From a virus, in the IMG/VR virus record IMGVR_UViG_3300021387_000130, positions 1 through 49,480 of that record: DNA of 49,480 bases. One strand, given 5' to 3'. The notes beneath the pieces were generated by a model. The model had not been told where the DNA came from, searched no databases, and saw nothing but the letters and a program-made list of their open reading frames with translations. Below, in pieces: positions 35,489 to 42,538 of the stretch (position 1 is its first letter; the number at the start of each line of letters is the position of its first letter). The position numbers were made by a program, and so were the translations under genes.

Positions 35489-35517
35489 ATAATACCATGT
35501 ATAAATAATTTACGCAA
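35489..35517 (-). promoter_or_regulatory. Candidate promoter of a different class
   Basis: Minus strand reads TTGCGT-17 nt-TATTAT, between terminator 35549-35571 and the ParB-like gene. Confidence 0.4.
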
Positions 35518-35548
35518 TGAAAACAGCTTAAAAAGAGCAGATCTGCAT

Positions 35549-35571
35549 GAAAAAACCGCCCCTGAGGGCGG
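35549..35571 (-). terminator. Rho-independent terminator (minus strand)
   Basis: Stem CCGCCC/GGGCGG with a 4-nt loop is followed by UUUUUU. Confidence 0.7.
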
Positions 35572-35582
35572 ATTATTATCAG

Positions 35583-35861
35583 TTATGCCGTAAGCATATG
35601 CCAGATACGCTTTTCCTGATCCCGGTTATCAGGGATATAATAATCGTATCCGTCAGCCGCATCAGAGAAGCGATTGACTGTCATGAGCCATTTGCCATCC
35701 GGGAGGCTGATCTCCATTGCCACAGCATTGTCGAGTTTAAGACTGCCAGTGAACATTGTGCGAATATAATGCTCGAGCCCCTGCCGAGTCCATGTTTTGC
35801 TGTTAAGCATATGCCCTACAGCCAGATCATAAAGCTGAGTTGAAATTTCACGGATTGTCAT
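35583..35861 (-). CDS. Hypothetical protein
   Basis: 92-aa ORF with an upstream AGGAGG-like RBS (CAGGAGGTTTCTTATG). Confidence 0.45.
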   Translation of the reverse strand: MTIREISTQLYDLAVGHMLNSKTWTRQGLEHYIRTMFTGSLKLDNAVAMEISLPDGKWLMTVNRFSDAADGYDYYIPDNRDQEKRIWHMLTA

Positions 35862-35903
35862 AAGAAACCTCCTGTGCCCTCGTAACCTCCGGGGCGGGCT
35901 GGT

Positions 35904-36164
35904 TTATTCAAAAAACGAAAATATTTCGTCCAGATCAAACGGTTTCACTTCTTTCACTTGCGCCTCTTGCTCAATTAAGCGATCAATTCGCCTTTGCTCA
36001 TCTTGATGCTGAACCTTCGCCGGGGTTACACAGTACGTCCAGCAATTAGAATATTCCACATCGTATTCATGCCCCCGGTATTCATAAGTTATCGTAGTAG
36101 AGTACTTGTCTCTAATCGTGAATAATTTTTTTGCCACCATAATTGTATCTCTTTCCCTTGCCAT
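35904..36164 (-). CDS. Hypothetical protein
   Basis: 86-aa ORF preceded by the conserved leader GAACCCATAAGGAGGTCAAGG. Confidence 0.45.
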   Translation of the reverse strand: MARERDTIMVAKKLFTIRDKYSTTITYEYRGHEYDVEYSNCWTYCVTPAKVQHQDEQRRIDRLIEQEAQVKEVKPFDLDEIFSFFE

Positions 36165-36395
36165 TTCCTTGACCTCCTTATGGGTTCTTCGTAGCTATTT
36201 GTGTTTTAGTATCAGGGAACACCGTCTACGGCTCTTTAATACGTTTCGTCGTCCTGCATCCTGTGATGGACAGCGCATCCACCAAACTCAGTTCGCGCCC
36301 TTTCGGTAAACCTTCGCCCGGTCGGTGCTTTTCAACTCGACCGCTTGTACCTTGTATCCACGTCCCCGGTTCTTTCTTCGGGTGTTCCTTTCCTT
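36165..36395 (-). ncRNA. Structured G+C-rich 5' leader or candidate cis-regulatory/non-coding RNA of unknown class
   Basis: About 230 nt lie between promoter 36402-36430 and the RBS at about 36175, and contain no credible ORF. Long-range helix: GGAACACC (36381-36388) pairs with GGUGUUCC (36216-36223). Internal hairpin: CGGUCG/CGACCG (36319-36343). Sister promoters have leaders of only 33-37 nt. Confidence 0.35.
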
Positions 36396-36401
36396 GACTA
36401 T

Positions 36402-36430
36402 AATATAGCGCACCTTCATATATATGTCAA
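36402..36430 (-). promoter_or_regulatory. Sigma-A-type promoter (family member)
   Basis: Minus strand reads AAAAAATATATTGACA-17 nt-TATATT, with GCGC before the -10. Confidence 0.7.
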
Positions 36431-36451
36431 TATATTTTTTTAATTTTAAGC

Positions 36452-36480
36452 AAAAAAAATAAGGGCTCCCGCCCTTATTT
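36452..36480 (-). terminator. Rho-independent terminator (minus strand)
   Basis: Stem AUAAGGGC/GCCCUUAU with loop GGGA is followed by UUUUUUU. Confidence 0.8.
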
Positions 36481-36657
36481 TTCAATCCTGTCGAGCTCGT
36501 AATCTCTGAGCTCCTTCTCCGTCAGTTCTCTGCCGTAATACAGGATGTCATAGTATTTGCCGCTCCTGTCCGGTTCATACTCGATCAGCCCCTTCAGCGG
36601 CTGACATCCAATCGAGAACCCTCTCATCCTCATTCCGTATGCGTATAACTTTGTCAT
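36475..36657 (-). CDS. Hypothetical small protein
   Basis: 60 aa. The motif YGMRMRGFSIGCQP recalls small proteins of Firmicutes mobile elements, but no family could be assigned. Confidence 0.4.
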   Translation of the reverse strand: MTKLYAYGMRMRGFSIGCQPLKGLIEYEPDRSGKYYDILYYGRELTEKELRDYELDRIEK

Positions 36658-36660
36658 CTC

Positions 36661-37026
36661 TCAGCTCTCCTTTCTTTCCATCTGTTTAACCTGATCCATC
36701 GTAAAGAAGAATGCTACCTTCTTGTAAAAGCCCTTTGCTTTCATTTCAGCATCTTCTCCGGTTCCTTCTTTATCTGCATCAGCCTCTTCCTTCTTCTTAT
36801 CTTTTTTAGGCATCCAGATCTGGAACCTTGCCACCGCATGTTCGCCTTTTCTGACGATATATCCTTCACGCTTCCATGCGTCGAAGGTTTTGATTTCTTC
36901 CGGCATCATCATCTCACGTTCACCGTCCTCATCATTGAACGTGATTGATGTTCCTTCAATGCCTTTGATCACTCCCTGCTCCATCAGGAAGACTCTGTTT
37001 CTAAAAATAATTTCTGCGTTTGTCAT
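36661..37026 (-). CDS. ArdC-N-terminal-like (DUF1738-like) ssDNA-binding-domain protein
   Basis: KTFDAWKREGYIVRKGEHAVARFQIW and FYKKVAFFFTMDQV resemble the ArdC N-domain motifs. The start at MTNAEII follows the CCCAAGGAGGTCAAG leader. Confidence 0.45.
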   Translation of the reverse strand: MTNAEIIFRNRVFLMEQGVIKGIEGTSITFNDEDGEREMMMPEEIKTFDAWKREGYIVRKGEHAVARFQIWMPKKDKKKEEADADKEGTGEDAEMKAKGFYKKVAFFFTMDQVKQMERKES

Positions 37027-37065
37027 GATCTTGACCTCCTTGGGTTCCTTATTTGTTCTGCCATT

Positions 37066-37094
37066 ACTATAGCTCATTTGATTATATATGTCAA
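37066..37094 (-). promoter_or_regulatory. Sigma-A-type promoter (family member)
   Basis: Minus strand reads TTTTTATTGACA-17 nt-TATAGT. Confidence 0.65.
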
Positions 37095-37116
37095 TAAAAA
37101 CTTTAAATTTACAAGC

Positions 37117-37146
37117 ATAAAAATGAGCGGTTATACGATACCGCTC
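37117..37146 (-). terminator. Rho-independent terminator (minus strand)
   Basis: A 7-bp stem GAGCGGU/ACCGCUC is followed by AUUUUUAU. Confidence 0.6.
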
Positions 37147-37194
37147 GAAACGTCTGTGTGGTAGGAGGTGAATGAAGAAGCAGAACCCTGATGC

Positions 37195-37611
37195 TCATGT
37201 TCCGGTACTACCGAAGCCATTGTTTCCACGTTCAGTCTCATCCATTGTATAAACGACATGGGGAATTGGGGTAATAATCGGAAGAATAACAAGCTGTGAT
37301 ATCTTGTCACCCTTCTCAACCATCATATCACATTTTCCGTGATTATACAACTTAATTATAATCGAACCTGTGTAGCCGGAATCAATCACTCCTTCGCTCA
37401 GCAAGCTGTACTTTACATTTAAGCCGCTCTTGCTTTTGAGCATACCAACATATCCTTCTGGTATCTCTATATGCACTCCAGTGTCGATTACAGCCGCTTC
37501 ACCTGCCTTTATAATAACTTCTATAGTGCTTCTCAAATCAAGCCCTGCATCGTCCTTGTGGGCTCTCTCAGGCATATATGCGCCAACGTCAAGCACAATA
37601 TTGATATTCAT
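37195..37611 (-). CDS. dut: dUTP diphosphatase
   Basis: Trimeric dUTPase motifs are present: DAGLDLRS, IDSGYTGSI, GDKISQLV and C-terminal RGNNGFGSTG. Confidence 0.9.
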   Translation of the reverse strand: MNINIVLDVGAYMPERAHKDDAGLDLRSTIEVIIKAGEAAVIDTGVHIEIPEGYVGMLKSKSGLNVKYSLLSEGVIDSGYTGSIIIKLYNHGKCDMMVEKGDKISQLVILPIITPIPHVVYTMDETERGNNGFGSTGT

Positions 37612-38150
37612 TGCCGCCCTCCGTTCACATCCAGATTTATCAACGAACCAGTTGCGCCAATCTGCTTTTGGTATTTGCCGGAATACGGATTTTCCACACG
37701 CTCTCCTGTCTTTGCAAACACAAGCTGAGCTACCCTTGTTCCTGCAGTCAGTTCTATGGCATATCGCCCTGCATTGTAAAGCTCCAAGGTGATCTGCCCT
37801 TCAAAGCCCGGATCGACCCATCCCGCATTCTGCACAAAAAGCCCCAACCTACCGATAGATGATCTGCCCTCTACAAATGCTGTCAGGTTACTTGGCAGTT
37901 TAATATACTCCATCGTTGTTGCCAGAACAAAATCCCCGGGAGCAATTGTGAATTTGTCCGCAACGATATCCGTATACTTAGCTCCTTCTGAAAATCTGAT
38001 GACTGGTTCGAAAGAATGTGAAAGCATACAGAATGTGTTGCCGATTCTGACATCCACGCTTGCAGGCTCTATTTGACTCTCTTCCATCGGCGAAATACAA
38101 AGCTCGCCTGTTTCAATCAACTTCTTGATTTCTCCATCTGATAAAATCAT
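37608..38150 (-). CDS. dcd: dCTP deaminase
   Basis: MILSDGEIKKLI..., VDVRIGN, GRSSIGRLGLFVQNAGWVDPGFEGQITLELYN. Confidence 0.9.
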   Translation of the reverse strand: MILSDGEIKKLIETGELCISPMEESQIEPASVDVRIGNTFCMLSHSFEPVIRFSEGAKYTDIVADKFTIAPGDFVLATTMEYIKLPSNLTAFVEGRSSIGRLGLFVQNAGWVDPGFEGQITLELYNAGRYAIELTAGTRVAQLVFAKTGERVENPYSGKYQKQIGATGSLINLDVNGGRQ

Positions 38151-38476
38151 GCGTTCAGTGTCTCCTCTTTTTTCCAGACAAACTGTATTCCTGTTTTATC
38201 CTTAAGCTCTTTTTGCAAAGCAGGAAAGTCAACATTCGGGTCAGCCAATGACATCAGCCTGTTGCAAAACTGCGTGACAATCCTGTTAACCCTTTTTGGC
38301 ATATAACCGTAAAGGTCATATACCGCAAGCCCCATGCAGGTAGTATAGATTTCCACCGTTCTATCATCAACCCTGTCCTGCCGATCTTCTATTGCTTTGC
38401 TGTATTTCTGTTCAAACGACCTTTGTTTCTTTATCTCTCGTTCAATGCGCCTTCGCTCCTGCCTGCTTTTCCCCAT
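38147..38476 (-). CDS. Hypothetical protein with a basic N-terminus
   Basis: The ATG overlaps the upstream TGA. No domain was recognised. Confidence 0.4.
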   Translation of the reverse strand: MGKSRQERRRIEREIKKQRSFEQKYSKAIEDRQDRVDDRTVEIYTTCMGLAVYDLYGYMPKRVNRIVTQFCNRLMSLADPNVDFPALQKELKDKTGIQFVWKKEETLNA

Positions 38477-38763
38477 CACTCATCCCTCGCATTCATGATT
38501 ATCGTTGCTACACAAAATCCTGCAGATGCTCCAAGAAATAATCCCAACAGAAACCACATATCTGCATTACTCCTCCTCTTAAGCTTTATTTTCGGCGGTA
38601 TCATTCCATAAATCTCAGCAACAGAGTCAAGCACACCACCTATCCAATCATTCTCTCTCCCGGTACTTGTGACATACTCGTACAACTCGTGCCCGCTTTC
38701 ACATCCTGCCATCTCAAGCAATCTGTTCATTGCATCTTTTTTGCTTATCAGAGTGTCTTTCAT
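38476..38763 (-). CDS. Membrane-anchored protein with a degenerate DLIS-type N-terminus
   Basis: The start MKDTLISKKDAMNRL is coupled to the upstream stop by ATGA. The C-terminal TM is MWFLLGLFLGASAGFCVATIIM. Confidence 0.45.
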   Translation of the reverse strand: MKDTLISKKDAMNRLLEMAGCESGHELYEYVTSTGRENDWIGGVLDSVAEIYGMIPPKIKLKRRSNADMWFLLGLFLGASAGFCVATIIMNARDE

Positions 38764-39113
38764 CCTTGTTTGTCCTCCATGTAAGCTCCACATTCCGGGC
38801 AAAATCTCGACTGTGTATTCTGTCGTTTGCCGCACCTACTGCACATCAGCGGAAACATGGAACCCTCTACGCTTATAATCCAATTTCCTGACTCGCAATC
38901 AGATTTGGGAAACCTGCCGCCGCCCAAAGAGGTATCCTTTATAACATGCTTATTGATCAATTTATGCATATGATCATATGATGTCTTTGCGGCTGTTTCG
39001 CCTTCGTGATAGCAGACAAAGGCCCCGTCCTCTCGCAAGCTTGTAATTCTGCCTAACTCGTATTTTTCACCGTTACGATAGATTATATATTCACCCTCGC
39101 AAAACCCATTCAT
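38760..39113 (-). CDS. Zinc-ribbon protein
   Basis: C-terminal CSRCGKRQNTQSRFCPECG. Confidence 0.45.
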   Translation of the reverse strand: MNGFCEGEYIIYRNGEKYELGRITSLREDGAFVCYHEGETAAKTSYDHMHKLINKHVIKDTSLGGGRFPKSDCESGNWIISVEGSMFPLMCSRCGKRQNTQSRFCPECGAYMEDKQG

Positions 39114-39417
39114 CCTGTCCACCTCGCATATCTGCTCCGCAGTGCGGGCAGAAGCTCCATTTTTTCTGAGAAGCTTTGCCGCCTATAAATTGAAATGGCG
39201 CGCCATAGCCGCACATATTACATGAGTACGAAAAGTCAGCATCGCCATGAACGTAAGTATTCCACTTCCCCTTCTTCCTCTTCACAAACTCAACCTCTCT
39301 GCCATGCTTTGTGTGGAACATAATTCTGTCTGTGTGGTCAAAATCAACATCCATTATGCCATCCCACTGCTCTTCTGTAATCGGGCTATTAAGTGTTAAA
39401 GTCAGTTCGTCCTGCAT
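39091..39417 (-). CDS. Zinc-ribbon protein
   Basis: CNMCGYG...FCPHCGADM. The start at MQDELTL follows GAGAGGTGA. Confidence 0.45.
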   Translation of the reverse strand: MQDELTLTLNSPITEEQWDGIMDVDFDHTDRIMFHTKHGREVEFVKRKKGKWNTYVHGDADFSYSCNMCGYGAPFQFIGGKASQKKWSFCPHCGADMRGGQDEWVLRG

Positions 39418-39691
39418 CCCGTTCACCTCTCCTGTCTCTTTCTGCAATCAACAGCTCTCGCCACCTGATCCAACCCATCATATCAATCTGCGGATCACCA
39501 CAAAGCGGTGCAGTCGCTAGAAAATCACAATCATCAATAAGGACAGTTAAGCCCTTATCTGATATTTCCGGCAGATGAGGTATTACGATGCTACGTATAA
39601 GGCTAGGCATGTATGACTGCCTGCCTTGGCAGTATCGTATTGCACAGATAGCAAGTATGCTGAAATCTTCCTGAGCAAGATTTTTAATCAT
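39389..39691 (-). CDS. Conserved phage protein of unknown function
   Basis: The AICAIRYCQGRQSYMPS motif is common in phage early regions. The start is coupled by ATGA. Confidence 0.4.
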   Translation of the reverse strand: MIKNLAQEDFSILAICAIRYCQGRQSYMPSLIRSIVIPHLPEISDKGLTVLIDDCDFLATAPLCGDPQIDMMGWIRWRELLIAERDRRGERDAGRTDFNT

Positions 39692-39861
39692 TTCTGCGCT
39701 TCTTTCTGCACGTCCACAGCATAAGTTTCTTGTTTCGTGTATCCCATCCACTGTGACGTGCAACTCTCAATCCAATCTGAATGCTGTGTTTTAAACTTTT
39801 CTGACAGCGTATATTCATCTGGAAGGTGGAAAGAGACTGTTGTCTTGGTTGTGATCATCAT
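39688..39861 (-). CDS. Hypothetical small protein (57 aa)
   Basis: The start at MMITTK follows GGAAGGAG. Confidence 0.4.
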   Translation of the reverse strand: MMITTKTTVSFHLPDEYTLSEKFKTQHSDWIESCTSQWMGYTKQETYAVDVQKEAQK

Positions 39862-40283
39862 GGTTGCACTCCTTCCTTGTATGGTTCCGGAAGTTGCATC
39901 CATGCTGTAATCTTTAATGGGTCTAATGCCGCATCAAAAATACAATCATACCATGTGCCCCGACCATAGTTAACCGGAATAATTCTCGTTTCTTCTCCAT
40001 CAACATATGTAACAAGAATATCAGTATTTTCTTCTGGCGACCTCTCACTGCACGGAATCCACCGTTGCTGTGTCTCTGCTTTACCACGCTCATAAGCCGC
40101 TTTCCACAGCTTGTCAGAGTATTCGCTCATGTCTAGCTGTGCGGATGGCAGGTTTTTTATGATGTCTATTGCATCCCACTTCCCGTCTACATATCCATCG
40201 TGGTATAAATCAGTGTAGTCATTGTCCTGATCCTGAGACAAGGACTCAATGGCTTTTTTCCTGCTGATTAAATCACTCATCAT
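39858..40283 (-). CDS. DLIS...LPSAQ-module protein with a DUF551-like C-terminal domain
   Basis: MMSDLISRKKAIESL...NLPSAQLD, then RWIPCSERSPEENTDILV...ITAWMQLPEPYK (DUF551-like). Confidence 0.55.
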   Translation of the reverse strand: MMSDLISRKKAIESLSQDQDNDYTDLYHDGYVDGKWDAIDIIKNLPSAQLDMSEYSDKLWKAAYERGKAETQQRWIPCSERSPEENTDILVTYVDGEETRIIPVNYGRGTWYDCIFDAALDPLKITAWMQLPEPYKEGVQP

Positions 40284-40554
40284 CTTCGCTCCAATCAATA
40301 TGTTGCCCACATATCATGCAATAGCATTGCCCCGTTGTTACGTCCGCATTACACTGCGGACAATGCGGGAATACCGCAAATCTGTTTTTTACATACCTAT
40401 CTTCCGCAACCCACTTTGGAGGTTTTGCCTCCTGCTGTGCGGATGGCAACTGCATCAACCACATCTCAATCCACTTAATATCAAGTTGTGCATCTTTTGG
40501 AATCATGGTGCGAATATCTTCAATCGCCGCCTGTCTGCTGATTAAATCATTCAT
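40273..40554 (-). CDS. DLISRQAAI...LPSAQ-module protein with a C-terminal zinc ribbon
   Basis: MNDLISRQAAIEDI...QLPSAQQE, then CPQCNADV...CYCMICG. Confidence 0.55.
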   Translation of the reverse strand: MNDLISRQAAIEDIRTMIPKDAQLDIKWIEMWLMQLPSAQQEAKPPKWVAEDRYVKNRFAVFPHCPQCNADVTTGQCYCMICGQHIDWSEDDE

Positions 40555-40559
40555 CCTGT

Positions 40560-41267
40560 TTACCCCCATTGTTCAGCCATAGCCTTTGCTATGCCGGAGA
40601 AAGTTTTGCTCCTAGCTTTTGCACGTTCAGCTTGACCGCCTTTGATGTTTCTCATTCCTTCGCACCAACCAATCTTTTTCCCCTTACCTTTCTCACCTTG
40701 CAAAATGTACATTGGCGGTGGAGGCGGTAAGAAGCTACTTCTTTCAAGCTGTGGAAGTCCTTTGAGCCATAGACACGTTCTCTTTTCGTAGTAATTTTCA
40801 GCATCATCCTCACTTTCTGCGAAAAAGTAAGGGTGAATAATCTGGTCTGGCTTTCTGTATGAAGAGTTCATAAAGCCGACCGGATTTTCTACTGCGATAC
40901 GGTCACAGTCAGCTAGGGCAAATCGCATGAAGAAAACAGCGGCTCTTGCTCTTTCTTCCCACCTGGCTATGACCTTCTCTGCCGTACAACACTTCAAAGA
41001 GTATTGCCTTGTGGCTACGTTACTTAAATAGGTGCAAGGCGGATGTGCAATTATTAAATCCCATCTGTCTGTCTGTCTGTCTGTCTTGCCATTCTGCAAT
41101 GTAAACTCACAATGTCCGTTTAACAATGGCAATACATCTCCCAATATATGCCACTCAGGATGTCCACCCGAGCATTCTTGAATATCACAGCTGTACGCTT
41201 CGTGTCCACGCTCTCTGAATGCCGTGCAGACCCTTTGCGATTCTTCGCAAGCAATTAAAACTCTCAT
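40560..41267 (-). CDS. Orphan DNA (cytosine-5) methyltransferase-like protein
   Basis: MRVLIACEESQRVCTAFRERGHEAYSCD...WDLIIAHPPCTYLS...IAVENP resembles the short phage-type cytosine methyltransferase family (PC catalytic motif, ENP). Confidence 0.55.
   Translation of the reverse strand: MRVLIACEESQRVCTAFRERGHEAYSCDIQECSGGHPEWHILGDVLPLLNGHCEFTLQNGKTDRQTDRWDLIIAHPPCTYLSNVATRQYSLKCCTAEKVIARWEERARAAVFFMRFALADCDRIAVENPVGFMNSSYRKPDQIIHPYFFAESEDDAENYYEKRTCLWLKGLPQLERSSFLPPPPPMYILQGEKGKGKKIGWCEGMRNIKGGQAERAKARSKTFSGIAKAMAEQWG
41064..41086 (-). repeat. Tetranucleotide microsatellite (AGAC)5.75 on the coding strand, inside the methyltransferase-like gene
   Basis: The plus strand reads tctgtctgtctgtctgtctgtct. 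It encodes KTDRQTDR upstream of the HPPC motif. Confidence 0.95.
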
Positions 41268-41338
41268 TTTGCCACATCCTTTGTATTTTCAAGCGCATCA
41301 ATCGCCGCCTGTCTGTAAATCAGATCGTTTTTTTGCAT
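41264..41338 (-). pseudogene. Truncated 24-aa copy of the DLI-RQAAI module abutting the methyltransferase start
   Basis: Translation is MQKNDLIYRQAAIDALENTKDVAK. Its TGA overlaps the methyltransferase ATG. Confidence 0.45.
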
Positions 41339-41625
41339 ATCACAAACCCCTGCCTCTCCATTAACTCTAAAGCTACACCATGCCATGCCATAAAATTGTA
41401 TAGTGTATTCTCCGACATTATTTTTGCAAAATCTTCTGCGGTTACTGGCTCATACTGCGGCTGTGCGGATGGCAACGCATTTATTACTTCCAATGCTTTA
41501 TTGCTATTAATTATTTTTATTTCCCTTGTATCTTCTGAAAGATACTCTCCAAATTCGAACCAATACGAAAAGCTAATCCCTTTCAGCTTATCAATTGCCG
41601 CCTGCCTGTCAATCAAGTCTTTCAT
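41320..41625 (-). CDS. DLIDRQAAI...LPSAQP-module protein
   Basis: MKDLIDRQAAIDKL...NALPSAQPQ, with an unrelated C-terminal part. Confidence 0.55.
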   Translation of the reverse strand: MKDLIDRQAAIDKLKGISFSYWFEFGEYLSEDTREIKIINSNKALEVINALPSAQPQYEPVTAEDFAKIMSENTLYNFMAWHGVALELMERQGFVICKKTI

Positions 41626-41869
41626 CAGCTCTCCTCTCTGCCCAATGTGTATTTAATTTGTCCATGATGCGGGAATACTCACCATCTGTTAACACATTGT
41701 CAATCCACATCTTCAACATTGCATTGGCGCAATCTGTATAACCAATTTCTTGCGGTTCCGGCTGTGCGGAGGGTAAAGCATGAATGTTTGAAGCAACTGG
41801 ATACACGCCTGACTTCCATCCTTTATCTAGCAGTTTAATAACATCATCTTCATATATTGCTCGTCTCAT
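41609..41869 (-). CDS. LPSAQP-module protein (variant N-terminus)
   Basis: ..NIHALPSAQPEPQE.., followed by a variable C-terminus. Confidence 0.5.
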   Translation of the reverse strand: MRRAIYEDDVIKLLDKGWKSGVYPVASNIHALPSAQPEPQEIGYTDCANAMLKMWIDNVLTDGEYSRIMDKLNTHWAERRADERLD

Positions 41870-42249
41870 CCCCTAGTATCTCCCTTCCATGGTTCTGGCA
41901 GAGGCATCCATGCAACTGCTTCTGTACCTATCTCATACCCACTATCCAGATAACTTCCATCGTCCGTATAAAATTCGTCATACTGAACACTTTCATGCCC
42001 ACGGACGCTAACGCTTACTAATATCCGCTGTCCGTCATCTGGCAGTTTGCAATCGAGAATGCCGTCCCACTCGGGATGCTCTTCTTTTTCTTCTTCCGTC
42101 AGCGGTCTTGTTATAAACCGGATCCACCGCTGTTCGTGTTGTACAGATGGCAAGGCTTCAATCACATGAAATGCTTGGTCTGTCTCTGCTGTACCATTGA
42201 TGCTATTCAATGCCTCTAGTGCCGCTTGTCTGCTAATCAAGTCATCCAT
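41866..42249 (-). CDS. DLISRQAAL...LPSVQ-module protein with a DUF551-like C-terminal domain
   Basis: MDDLISRQAALEAL...EALPSVQHE, then RWIRFITRPLTEEE...AVAWMPLPEPWK. Confidence 0.55.
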   Translation of the reverse strand: MDDLISRQAALEALNSINGTAETDQAFHVIEALPSVQHEQRWIRFITRPLTEEEKEEHPEWDGILDCKLPDDGQRILVSVSVRGHESVQYDEFYTDDGSYLDSGYEIGTEAVAWMPLPEPWKGDTRG

Positions 42250-42538
42250 TGTCTTTCCTTTCTGCATAGTTGCAATAGCCATCCTCAAATACGTCTATCC
42301 CTGTTTCATGCCACAAGAAACATCTTCCCTTATCTGCATACCAATGTTCGCAGTATTTGCAATCCTTGCACCTTATGATTTCTGGCTATGCGGATGGCTG
42401 ATTCCTCACCGCTTCCTCGCACAGATGCATACCAGTCATAACGATTCCTGCTCTGTGTGTATCATCCATCATCTGCATGCCCTGTCGTATCTTTTCGATA
42501 TGTTTCAGTACCGCCTGTCTGCTGATTAAATCAGCCAT
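42242..42538 (-). pseudogene. DLISRQAV...PSA(TAG)PE-module gene interrupted by an in-frame amber codon at 42386-42388
   Basis: MADLISRQAVLKHI...NQPSA-TAG-PEIIRCKDCKYCEHW...CNYAERKDNG. The TAG replaces the CAG (Gln) of the LPSAQPE motif conserved in the paralogues. Confidence 0.55.

Noticed and set aside
36288-36485. 65-aa minus-strand ORF (MKNKGGSPYFF...).
   Set aside because: It spans a terminator hairpin, a consensus promoter and part of the structured leader. It has no RBS and a highly basic, low-complexity translation. It is judged spurious.
42386-42388. Genome-wide TAG-to-Gln stop-codon recoding (code 15), as described for some gut phages.
   Set aside because: TAG terminates several otherwise well-formed genes at the expected positions (ends at 8237, 11526, 13502 and 14633). 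The long structural ORFs are not interrupted by TAG. A single nonsense mutation is the simpler explanation.
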